Assembly (NCBI GenBank): GCA_036172245.1
Contig: JAYWIR010000004.1
Span: 5,580,001 to 5,644,000, forward strand
Direction: 5' to 3'
Source: Raillietiella orientalis
Taxonomy: Eukaryota
Length of the DNA: 64,000 nucleotides
The position numbers and the translations under genes are program-made. Under the pieces are notes generated by a model. That model searched no databases. It was not told the origin of the DNA and saw only the letters and a list, made by a program, of their open reading frames with translations. This document shows, one piece after another, positions 14,045 to 25,670 of the stretch; position 1 is the first letter of the stretch, and each line of letters begins with the position of its first letter.

Positions 14045-17000
14045 TCAATCACAGTTATAGTCCATAAGTTGGCTAGCAACTGAGCTTGATCCTAGCATGA
14101 TCCTGCAAAAAAAAGAAGCAATGTGGTCCAAGCAGAGGAGGGCAGATGGCAGAGGCCGGGGCCACACTGACTTACATGCACCTGCTGGGCATGTCACATG
14201 ATTACACACCTGCAGTAGAGAAAGTGATCAGAAATAAAGGGATGGTAGGTGCAGGTAAGAGAAAGCCCCGGACCAAATAAGAATATGCAAACCTTTCTTG
14301 AGACTGTAATCCTGAAGATTCATTAGCTGTGCCATCCTGTATATCTGCATCTTCCTCGGCATCCAAAGTGAGGCGACACACTGGACATGTGGCATGCTGA
14401 CATCATACATAAGCAATTCACTGTTAGTTACTACCCACCATTTCCAACCATGGAACAATACAGTGGCCATGATACTGATGTTCACACTGCAGCTGACGTA
14501 CTTCCTCATCATAGTGAAATTCTTCAATACAAATAGGACACATTACACCTCGATCAACTTGTTCTTTAGTTATCTGTAAGCGGGGAATCTGTTCAATTTT
14601 TTGCTGCGTCATAGGCAGTGGTCCTGCTACATCCACTTGATTAATCAGCTGCATCGTGACATTATCTAAAGTGCCTTCAAGCACATAATTTCCCAGGATC
14701 CGACGAACAATGCTACAAAAAATAAATATGGAATGATCAGAATAGAATTTGACCTTACACTGGGAACACATCCACCCGCTGAGTGCCAGCTCGACCTGAT
14801 GCCAACTGTTGAGTAAACTGTTGTAACAATGGCTGCAGTTGCTCTAACAAGGTGGTGTCTAAAGAAGCAGGCCAATTATGGATCAATACTGAATGCCTTC
14901 GGGACCTCTGGCTACCTGGCACCTGACCAGCATCTTCAGATCCATCATTCCCTTGTCTCAGAGCTGTTTCCTGTAAACACAACAGAAATAAAACTCTAAA
15001 AAATGTAATTTCAAAACAAATCATACTTTATTCTAGTGACAAAATAAATAACAGACAAAATCTTTGAGCTTCATTTCAAGAAAAAAAAAAAAAAAAAAAG
15101 TAATGAAAAAAATTACAGGGAAATGTTTTTTTCTTTAAATGAGCATCTCTAGCATTCTGCATTCTAAGTAACAACAACACTTGAACTTTAAACGAATTCC
15201 ATAGAAATCAAACTGAAAATCCTATGCACATGTAATTGACTTCTGACCTCTGCTGTAAAAAAGCAAAATGCATAAGCGTTAAAAAAAATCCTTAAAAAAC
15301 TGCAGCAAACAAGACAGACGAATTTTTTACATCAGTAATCACGGTGTAAATTAAGCAAAGCAAACACACTACTAATGGTCTACAGCTTGTAGTAACTTTA
15401 CATCCAGTTTTCAATGTCAGTGATGACTATATTTCGAGAATATTGTGTTTGTAAACAAATTGAAAAAAAAAGAAAAAGAAAACCAAAGAAAACGACCTTC
15501 AGAAAACTTAGTCAATTGTTTCAGATGCATCATTCTCAAGTCATTCCTAGTAACATAGCAAAAGCATACATGAAGATGATTTGAGACACTTACATCAAAG
15601 TACAATGACAAAACAACATTCTTCATGAATCATTGAAAAACCTGGCACAAATACTACACTCTGGAAGGTTAACTCAATTTGGCGAAATCATAAAATATGG
15701 ATAGTGTTACAGATTAATGGAAAATTAGCTAAACCTGATGAAGCAAACGATTAAAAACACTCAGTGAAACAATAAAAGAATGGTAGAATCAATAACACGG
15801 AGCTTGTAAGTAAAATGCAATCGGAAGATAGAAAAATATTTACTGGCAAAGCTAAGCCCATAATAATACACAATTATTGTGAAATTTCAGAAGCATAAAA
15901 CATCATTGCAGATTGCTAACATTTCAACACGAATGATTTATAGCACCAAGTTTAAATGTTTTCCTATAACTCTGAATGATTAAGTATGAAACAAATAATG
16001 GAAAACTTCACTGATGTGAATTAGCAAACTTTCAGTGGGAAACCATAATCATATTTTATACATGATATACACAAAATTTGAACTTGTGCTTCAGCTTTGC
16101 AATAAAAATTGATTCTTTTAGTGCAGTTTCAGTTATTTTTCTATGAAGGAGCACAAATGAACTGAGTTATCAATATGACTGAAAATCTAATGAAAATTAT
16201 CGTCCTAAAATTGATGTCTCCCAGGCTTGATATTTGTCAAAAAATATGAGCAACTTCAAGCTTGCATTGGCACCTTTTTATTTGTCAATACAAAAAACAT
16301 GATAGAATTAACATACCTCAGAATGAGAACTCCGGTTGGAATATTGGCTACCACGATTGGAAAGTTCCTCGATAAAGCCTAAACTGCATACTGGACATAT
16401 AAAATCCTGAAATTATAAACACCATTAATACATTCACATGAAAGGCATTTTCATTACTTGTATTTCAGACTTTACTAACCTTAGTTACATGCAAGAATTC
16501 CAAAATATTTTTAACTGATCTAAGTTAATTAATACAATACTAGAAAGAGGTGCTGCAAAGTATTTTTATAAAACTAAAGGAAGCTTGGTTCTTGAAGAAC
16601 AGTGAAATCCTTAATTTTCATAAAAATGAACACAGTTTATTTAAGCATTCAAACACATGCAGTTATCTACATGATAAAACACTTAAACTAAACCATAATC
16701 AAGCCATGAAAAAAGTCATCATTGTTTAAAACCTTTAACCACCCAACTTAAACAGGAACTTCAAAAGATAAACCAGCAAAATTTGGACAAGAAAGTAATA
16801 AAGAAAAGGTGACCCAAATTTTTAGGCAATGAGATTTTTATACATCTTCAGTCTATACACATACATTTGTAATTTATAAAAATAAAATCCCATATGGAGC
16901 AAATAATACCGTGTGCATTCGATATAGTCAGCTTTGCTGGAATTAAAATTTTAAAACTGTTGCCTTTATAAAATGTTGATTGTATTGAAATGAATAGTTG

Positions 17001-20000
17001 AAAAAAAAAAAAAATTTTGGATAATTAAATAAAAGGAACCAAATTGTTGAACAGTAACAGGAATTTTTATAATCAAATGAACAAATTAAGTGACATTACA
17101 AAAGTAAAAATAATGATACTGTATGGTAAACGATGGTGATACGATATAAAATTTTATTTCAACTTCTTCATGATTGCTTTTTCCCATACTGTTCTCAGGA
17201 GAACAGTGTCAGGAACAGGAAGGCAGGCATTTTCTGACCACTCAATAGCTAAATTGAATGTATCAATAACTTTGCTGACATCGAATTTTTGAATGTAGTA
17301 ACTCTCATCTAAATTTTCTTCCACATGCTCCATAGGAGCATTCATAATGGTATCCAGATCATGAACATGCTTTAATTCATTTTCTCCTTCCGCCCATTCC
17401 ATAATCTCAGTCATTTGCTACATTTTCTCTTATTATGTAATTGAATCGTGTTGCAATGGATATATAATCTTCATCAGTAAAATAGCCAATTGGTAAATTC
17501 AACTCAATTTCTTCAGCTGATGAATACAAATGCCTAAAAGCATTTACAATAACGCTCTTTGGAATGAATGTTGATTGATTAATTAATGAGTTTCTCTTAT
17601 TTTTTCCCATCTTTAACGTGGTAGAAAAAGTTTTTTATTGAATGACAGAAAACTTGAAATGTTAATTATATCAATGGTGTCTTATATCAAAAGTTTCTTT
17701 TATCAAAAGTGACTAAATTGAGTGTACACTGTACCATGCTTCAATCATACCTACAAATTATTAAGAATGTCATTTCCTTATTGGCAATCATCTTAAATTA
17801 CTCTTTCAGCTACAGGTAATGTTGAGATACTTCTCCAATATGAATTTCAAAACAAAATTTAGTTTGTTGAGCTTTGCCATAAGGAACTCTTAAAATCAAT
17901 AGACCTGACAAGCTTATCATAATGAAATGTCATTCTACTGAATAACCATTATGGTAATTAAAGGCTATTTTGCGATATCTTTTAAAGAAAATTACCTTAA
18001 AATTGAGTAGAATCTTATTTGCTGAGAAGTACAAATAAATGAATCACATGATAAAACACAACGTGGTTCTCAAATGAAAAACCAGAAACCAGGAATTATG
18101 ATTAATAAATTACGATATTATAGATCTATAAAACAAAAAACTTGAAGGGATTTTCTCAACTTAAAATGTGCAAGCAACTTAAAAGGCATTATAATTATAT
18201 AAGGCACAAACCAATCTATTTTAACACAGTCAGTAAGAGTGCACACATGTATCTCAACAGCCAACCAGGTGGAAAACAAAATGCAACAAAAAGAGATATG
18301 GTAAAAGATATGGTGACCTGTAAACTGTATCATTAGAACAGCAAAAGATAAAAACTTACCATAAGCATTATTCAGTTTACAAAATTCCAAAAGAAAAGAA
18401 AAAACACACATACACACGGTACACAGAAACATGAAAAGCATAATTCAGAAAACCTTTAAAGAGTTCAATAATTTATTTGATACAAACAATATAAGACAAA
18501 CTACTTCTTATTCCAGCACAAAAGATGCTAAACCATAACTCTCCGAAAGTTAACAATAAGACACATAATTACTTAAGAACTAATCTTTGACTTTCATTAT
18601 TGCATAAACTAACTTCAGCATTAAAATTCACGCCTGATGACAGAAGCAAAGTAATGCAATTTAACATATTCAATGTTTAACAGTGATTGCTTTAAATTTA
18701 GGACGAATCTATTTATTGTTTATTAATCCATTATTATCAGCTTCTATAAGTTATCCATTACAAAGTAATGGCAATTAAATTACTCTGCTGTTCAATACCT
18801 GATAAATTCTTGACCAGAAAATTACAATTATTAAACATAATTAACACTGGAAAAACAAAACTTATTTGTTCCACCTGTGAAGAAAACGGGTTAAACAAAT
18901 TGTAAAACAGGTTAAACTCGTTAAACAAATTTGCAAATGATTCTCTAATGCGGATTTGGACATTTACTTTTTGGTTACTTTAAGATTGCAACTGAAAGTG
19001 GTTCCACCAAAACCATTAGTATTTTATTGCTTATTGCAAAATTTTTAGCTACATAACAATACTGTTTGAAAACAGTACGCATGATACACAATTTGATGCC
19101 AAATATATTCAAATGCTTTAATGATTTCATTGATTCTTATCTCTGCAAAATAAAGACCACGATGTTTTAAATACATTGAATGACGAAGCTTGCAGAAAAA
19201 ATGGGCAGTGGATTAAAATGGAAACCAAATCAAGACCATGACAACTGAAAACCTAAAGTTTGGCTCAAGATCTGTCAGATAAATTTATCTGAGGAAACTA
19301 GGTGAACACAAATGGTTCGAGTTTCAGTTATTCAAGGCAAGAAAAATAAATGAAATGGCTTTGAAAAGCATAGTTTGCACAATAATGAAGAATCAGTATA
19401 GCTTCAGCCACTTAACATTAATCTGACCTTTTTTAAATTCCCTGGTTCTTCACAACTATTACTATTTTGATTTGCATTACTCAAAATTTTAACAGAAAGT
19501 TACCAAATTTACACATACTTAACAACACTCAGCATTTGTTTTCCTTTATAAAAATTTAAGCACTCTTATTACTTATACTGAATTAATGAATTACTTCTGA
19601 AACAGAACTAACTGATTTCCTGGTCACACTTTACTGTTTTCACACCCATGAACCTTTGTTATTTTCTAATTGAATCCATCAGATTTTTTTGCTCATTCTT
19701 TATACCCCATTATGCCATGTTTAAATATACCCAGTTACATGCAAAAAGGATTTTATACATTTTGAACCTCATTCCACCTTCTGGGTTCTCTACGAATTCT
19801 ATACGTCCATTTTCTGTTTACATTGCTTCCTAAACAATGCATACAGAATTTCTTTGTTTTAAGTTTTAAAACAATGACACACAAACTAAATTGTAGTTCT
19901 TAACACATATTCATGAAAAACTTAGCCTTTATAGTTCTTAAAACTGACACTATTTATAATTTTCAATAAACTGTTATTAACAGATTCTGTGTGCAGAAGA

Positions 20001-21110
20001 TGAATTAATAATTGGATATCATAACCATTTTCAGAACACTTATGACTTTTTTCAGTTTGATTTTTGCAACTGATTCAGAATCTTTGTCTTACTAATACAA
20101 ATCTGCCACAAAAGAAATCCTGCAAATAAAACAAATAAATTTTTTTTGTAAACAGAGTATGTAGCAACAGGCATAATGGTAAAGAAAAAATAGATAGATA
20201 AAGTGGCATGTGTAGATGACAAAAAAAATCATTCTACACTGAAACCCACTCCTGCCTCAAACCATGGCAGTGCATTTCCAATACTGTGATAATTTGCTCA
20301 TTTACTAAATCATACATAAATGATACAACTTTACTTTAATAACTAAGAACACATACATAACTTGCTTGTAAATTAACAATCATTTTGAGAAACAATTAAC
20401 CAATCAAAGATCATCACCAGAAAAACAAACATTCATAAAATAGGAAAGCAATATACCTCCTGATATAAAAATTAATCCAATTATGAGTACTAAATGCATC
20501 ATAAATGTACCATCAGTCATTAGTGAATTTCATTTTTCTAAACAAGATGTAATGAAAAGTATTAACATAAAACTACAATTGATGATAACAGTTCATTAAA
20601 ATTCTCTGATTGATTATTATTGAAAACTCCTTTTCAAAAAACAAACTACGATTTGAAATTCTGAAAGAACAAAGCAAATACACAGCACTACCACTAGCTA
20701 GTACATTCCCTCTGTATTTCGCCACTTTTAAATTAGCATGTGAATATCTGATATTATATTTATTTTCAATGCTGTTATGGTTTAAAACAAACATTCCACA
20801 TGCTGTTTTCAACCATGACAGCGCTGAAAATAACTGTGATAAACTAATTCAAGGATTATACCTTCTTACATGACACGATGACAGAAAACTGATCACAGCA
20901 ATCGTAAAATTCAGTAACTGTCACAAGAATTATAAAGCAGGAACAAACACGTACTCAAGAAAACCATGATACTACACATACTTAAACGTGAAAATGTACA
21001 ATAACACGGATAAACAAAATACTTACAGGTAAGACTGGAGAAATTTCTCTGCTGCACTTGTGGCAATAATACCTAGATAAAGATATGGTTTCTACTGCTG
21101 CTTCAGCCAT
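14045..21110 (-). CDS. RNF126: E3 ubiquitin ligase of the RNF126/RNF115 family (N-terminal C2C2 zinc finger, C-terminal RING-H2); alternative last exons
   Basis: Exons 21110-21027 (MAEAAVETISLSRYYCHKCSREISPVLP), 16406-16317 (DFICPVCSLGFIEEL...), 14970-14759, 14712-14439 and 14396-14293, then one of 14209-14194, 14102-14045 or 13789-13771. RING-H2 CPICIEEF...[26 protein letters not shown]. All junctions GT-AG and in phase. Which last exon dominates cannot be told from DNA; RNF126 vs RNF115 orthology is unresolved. Confidence 0.92.
16909..17731 (-). mobile_element. Internally deleted pogo/Tigger-like (Tc1-mariner superfamily) DNA transposon in intron 1 of the RING gene
   Basis: Degenerate terminal inverted repeats (CCGTGTGCATTCGATATAGTCA vs CAGTGTACACTCAATTTAGTCA, 17/22 match), each flanked by TA. 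Inside, minus ORFs 17610-17407 (MGKNKRNSL...VIVNAFRHL) and 17414-17154 (...IMEWAEGE...FNLAIEWSE...LLRTVWEKAIMKK) resemble the N- and C-terminal ends of jerky/Tigger transposases without the DDE core. Confidence 0.7.
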
Positions 21111-21451
21111 ACTAAGAATTTTGAAGAGAAAACATATAAACTGCTTTACAAAGGAAAATCAGTGCTACTTAGCAATTCGTGGCAGCCATAATAAAAGTGA
21201 ATCGTAATTTCAAGATTGCGTCGGAATTGCTAAACGAGCGAACAGTATATACTTCGGATTTCTTGCATTAATATTAACATCAAAATCTGGGTCATAAAAC
21301 AAACTTCGAAACCTTCAAAATCTTAGTTTCGTATTAACAATCTGTCAACTGAAATTTCTAATTGTCACGGAGTTTGTGAACAATAAGCAATATCCGATAT
21401 AATATATAAAAAGCAATATCGATTCAATGCAACGATAGTGCTAATTTGAAA

Positions 21452-21482
21452 ACACACACACACACACACATACACACACACA
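21452..21482 (+). repeat. (CA)n microsatellite upstream of the RING gene
   Basis: Direct reading; one TA interruption. Confidence 0.9.
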
Positions 21483-24400
21483 AATTGTTAAAAAAAATAA
21501 TTATAAAATTTCAGTAAATTACGTTGAACTAATACAGCTTTGTTCAAAGTAAACCAAGATACGTGGGCTTCAATAATATCTAAACGCATTTCAAAACTAC
21601 AAGTAACTTTATGTAAATAAAATTAACATTTACCGTTGACTTGTTTAATTCGTGGAAGCAATCTTTTAGCAAAGTGTTAATGAAACATCATGTGACTCTG
21701 AAAACTGAACTGAAATAATGTGTTGCCCAAAAATGCTTTTGAGAAAATATATTTACAAAATTGCATCCGTTACAGGATGAAAACAATCATTCGATGGAGG
21801 AAAACTACTGTTATTGAACTGCATATTTATAGTATCCAGAAGAATTCTTTATTTGTGAGCTGAGATGGAAAACTTTTACTTGTCTAATTACATGATTTTT
21901 ACGATTACAAGACTTTTCCTTATCCAAAGTTCTGCACGTGATCATGATCCTACATCAAAAGTCCTTCAGTTTCCAACGTTTGTTTTTTTAACTTACAGTT
22001 TGTGTGTTATGCAGAGCAGAAAACTCATGAAGAATCCTGGATTTTAAATTCAGAAATTCAAAATATTAAAATTAGGATACAAACACGGGAACATAGGTAC
22101 ATGTCTACAAAAGCAATTGGTGCAAAAATGTAATTATCACGTCTGGGATGCATTCTGTTTCAAAAACCAAATCAGATATAAATATGAGCAATGAAACAAA
22201 ATATTCTTAAGACAAAATATATGAGTTAATGATATATGCAAAGCAAATTTGGCACACAATTGGAATTTTCTTCAGATTCCTTCTAGATAAGCATGGTCAA
22301 GCTTTTGATATTATCTTTTTCTTGTTTTTCATTCATGACATAAACTTAATGTTCTATTTGAAAAGAGGCATAATTGATAACTTTGAATGCTGATTTGTGT
22401 TCATGTCTATTATGGCAACGTATTAAATTCTAGTGTCCAAACTATATCGATCCAATGTCACGATAGTGCGTAATTATTGCAAACTATAAACACCAAAAAC
22501 GAAATAGTTACAAGAGTATTTGATCACACACACTAATGATAAAAATATTCACTCAAGAGAATTTTAAGTCATCCGAATGTACTGTGCTCATTTTGAGTTG
22601 AACATATATAACATTTGAATAATATGTTTCTCTCTGATCTGCAATAAAAGTTATGTGAACATTTGCAATGGATATGAAATTGACGTGATACTAATACGAG
22701 ATTAACATAAATGTTAATTTCAAAAGCAGTAAAATCCGAAGTATGTAAATTGAACTTTTATTTGTAAAATCTCTTTTAAGGCATTTGATCTTATCAATGG
22801 AAAAACCTTTAAATGAAAATAGTTTCTGAAAAAAAAGCAAAAGAAAATTGTTTTTTTGAATCAAAGGCGGAGTCGTTTCATATAATTACAGAAATCGTTT
22901 CAAAGAATTATGAAGAGTTCTCAAAATGCGGATATCCTCTATATTACAGTATCCGAAAAATATTCTTCTTCTCTACTGGAATACTTTCGTATGTTTACTC
23001 AGTATTCGAAATTTATTAAAAAAATTTTGATTTCTGATTTACAAATCTTAAACATGAATATACTGGTAAGAGTCACATATACTAAATCACATGCCACTTC
23101 TATATTGCTTATAATTTATCCTGACTTATAACGACAAAAAAATAATAAAAAAAAACTTCATTATATTTATGTACCAGTTTTGATATCTTCACTTTCAATT
23201 GATTTTATCATCTCTCGAAAGCATTTAATAATAAGAATAATTAAAGAATTGATACCAATTATAGAAATGTATTCCATAGTTGCTCCTAAGTCAATAGTCG
23301 TAGAATTTGACTATGAATAAACTGCATTAAACTATGTAATCCTCAGTTTCCCATTCTCCATTCTGTTTGCATTAAACTTTTCAATGTAAAGTTTTTTCTT
23401 ATTTAGCCAGCCGACTCCTACTAATGGTTCTGTTGATTCTAAAGATTTTTTTTTTTTAATTTTAAATCCTAGTTTTCATTTCCTACAAATTCATTTTGAG
23501 AGTTTACACCATAAATGAATGAATGAAACAATAAAATCAGTTCTCAAAAGAAAAATGAACGGAGAATGGGCTGGGATGAAAATTGCAGAAACGTCCCATT
23601 AGCTTCCTCAGTTTTTCAAATCCATGCACACGAATGAATTTTTTTGCTCATAATGGATTTTGTTTATGGGTCTCGCATTGTTTCTGAGTTGAGTTGTCTC
23701 ATTCTTGCAACGCTTTGAGAAGTGTACCGCTCTACAGTAGTACTAGAGAATTTATTCGTACCGTATATGCTGTTTTGTTCTATTTGAAATACATTCCCAA
23801 AGGAGCAGATGAAACCATTGAAATAGTATTCTCAGTGTTTTTGCGATTGTTTTGTACAGATACAGATCGCTATCCGAAATAAAGTTCTATAAGTTCCAAA
23901 CCATAGGCATAAATGGATAAATTTTGTCTAGTAGTAATGTCTATATACCTTAGATAATCCTAAAAGGTTAGTTTCCTTAAAACAATGGCTTACGTGCATA
24001 CACTTCTCTATAACTCCATAACTTTTAGGATCATGGAATACTAGTGTGCAGTGGCTGCTTTCCATCATTACGATTCCTTTTACGATTTCTATAAACTAAT
24101 CTATTCAACTTTAAAGATTACATCAATTTACATTTGAATGCCCCCCCCCTCCTCCCCCCCGAAAATTATAGTGCTCCGTTTCGCAACGCCTATAGCTCCT
24201 GCATGCAAGCGGACATAACTTTTCCTCCTTTGAAGTGCAACTGCTATTCGTTCAAAGGTATTTTAAAGTGTACCTTTACTCATTATTACCAGAACCGCTG
24301 TCTTCAAAAGAGTTCTTCGTTTGCAGTCACGTTTGGTGACATCAGTTATCAATGTTAGGCATTTTATTTCTGAACTATAGAATTTATTTTCCATCTAGCA

Positions 24401-25670
24401 AGTCAGAATGCAGAAATATATTCATATTTTCTGGACTTTGCACACTGCACATGTCCTATTTGCTCCTGAATTTTGCATGTTCACGTGAAACTACAAAGTG
24501 CAAGACACAGTACAAAATTCAAACATTTACAAGTTTATACTATTTTTGATTGAAGCTTATTTAACTACTTTTATTAGTCTTACTGCATCTTGGTATACTT
24601 TGCCATTCAGCAATGCTTCATTAGTTTATCATTTCTGTCCGAACTCCCGGATACATCTTTAAAATCATTACCAATCCTCCTATGTTTATTTCATGAATAC
24701 GACAATAAGCATTTTCACAAACTTTTCAATCTTTTGCACAAATATGGAAAAAGTGGCTGATGGTAAAACGAAACAGATAAACTAAGGATTTGAAAAGTGA
24801 ACAGCAAGAATTAATTGCAAGTGCATTAGAGGTCAGAAAGGTTATAAACATGAAATTAAAGAAAGAAAAAAAAAAGCATCTCATTCCAACTCCACAGTTC
24901 CTGGAATTGTTTTCAAATATGCAGAACGCAGAGAACCATAAATGATGAGGATAGAAAGTTAAAAACTTTTTACGGTGAGGATAAGAAGTTTTTAATTTTC
25001 GAGCACAAAGTTCCGTAGGCAACCATCAACATTCTGTTCCACCGATTTGAAATATTCTTTGCAGTCAGTTTCAATGTGTTTCACATGCTGCAGAAGTAAA
25101 CCTTCGTGGCTATCAACCTTGCGTTTTTTTTTGTTTTGCATACAAGTGACGACGTATTTGTTTTGGACTTCTAAAAACCTCGTTTCCGGTCCTTAGGTGG
25201 TTTCAGTGTAATGTCAAAATGTGTATTGAAAATAGGATCCATTTCCACATGAACATTCCCCTATGCGATTTCCGAAGAGATGGGGGCCCTTCGAGCCAAG
25301 CGGTGGCTCTGCCTTTCGTGAAAATCATCCCTTGAATAGATGAGCAGAAATACAAATAAGATGAAATAGTAGTTGTTTCAAACCATTTATTTGTAAAACT
25401 AATGCAATCCCGGGAAGTTCCTAAATAATGATAATTTGAGAATGACTAACGATAATTTGAGAATGCTCGCAATCAAATTTTTTTTTTTTGACTTAATTTA
25501 TGTACAATTATGCACATAATTTGATGACTATTTACTTCTAATAATTTTTCAAGTATTCAGAGTATTCATAGAAACGCGATATTGCATACTGGAAATCTTA
25601 ATATATAATGTTAAAAGGGAATCCAAAAATTTTGACTTTTAGCATAAAAGTAACCCCATAAAGTCAGTAA

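Noticed and set aside
25421..25470. Short tandem duplication (gataatttgagaatg twice, 21-bp period) in the XPC 3' UTR
   Set aside because: Ordinary slippage duplication with no evident function.
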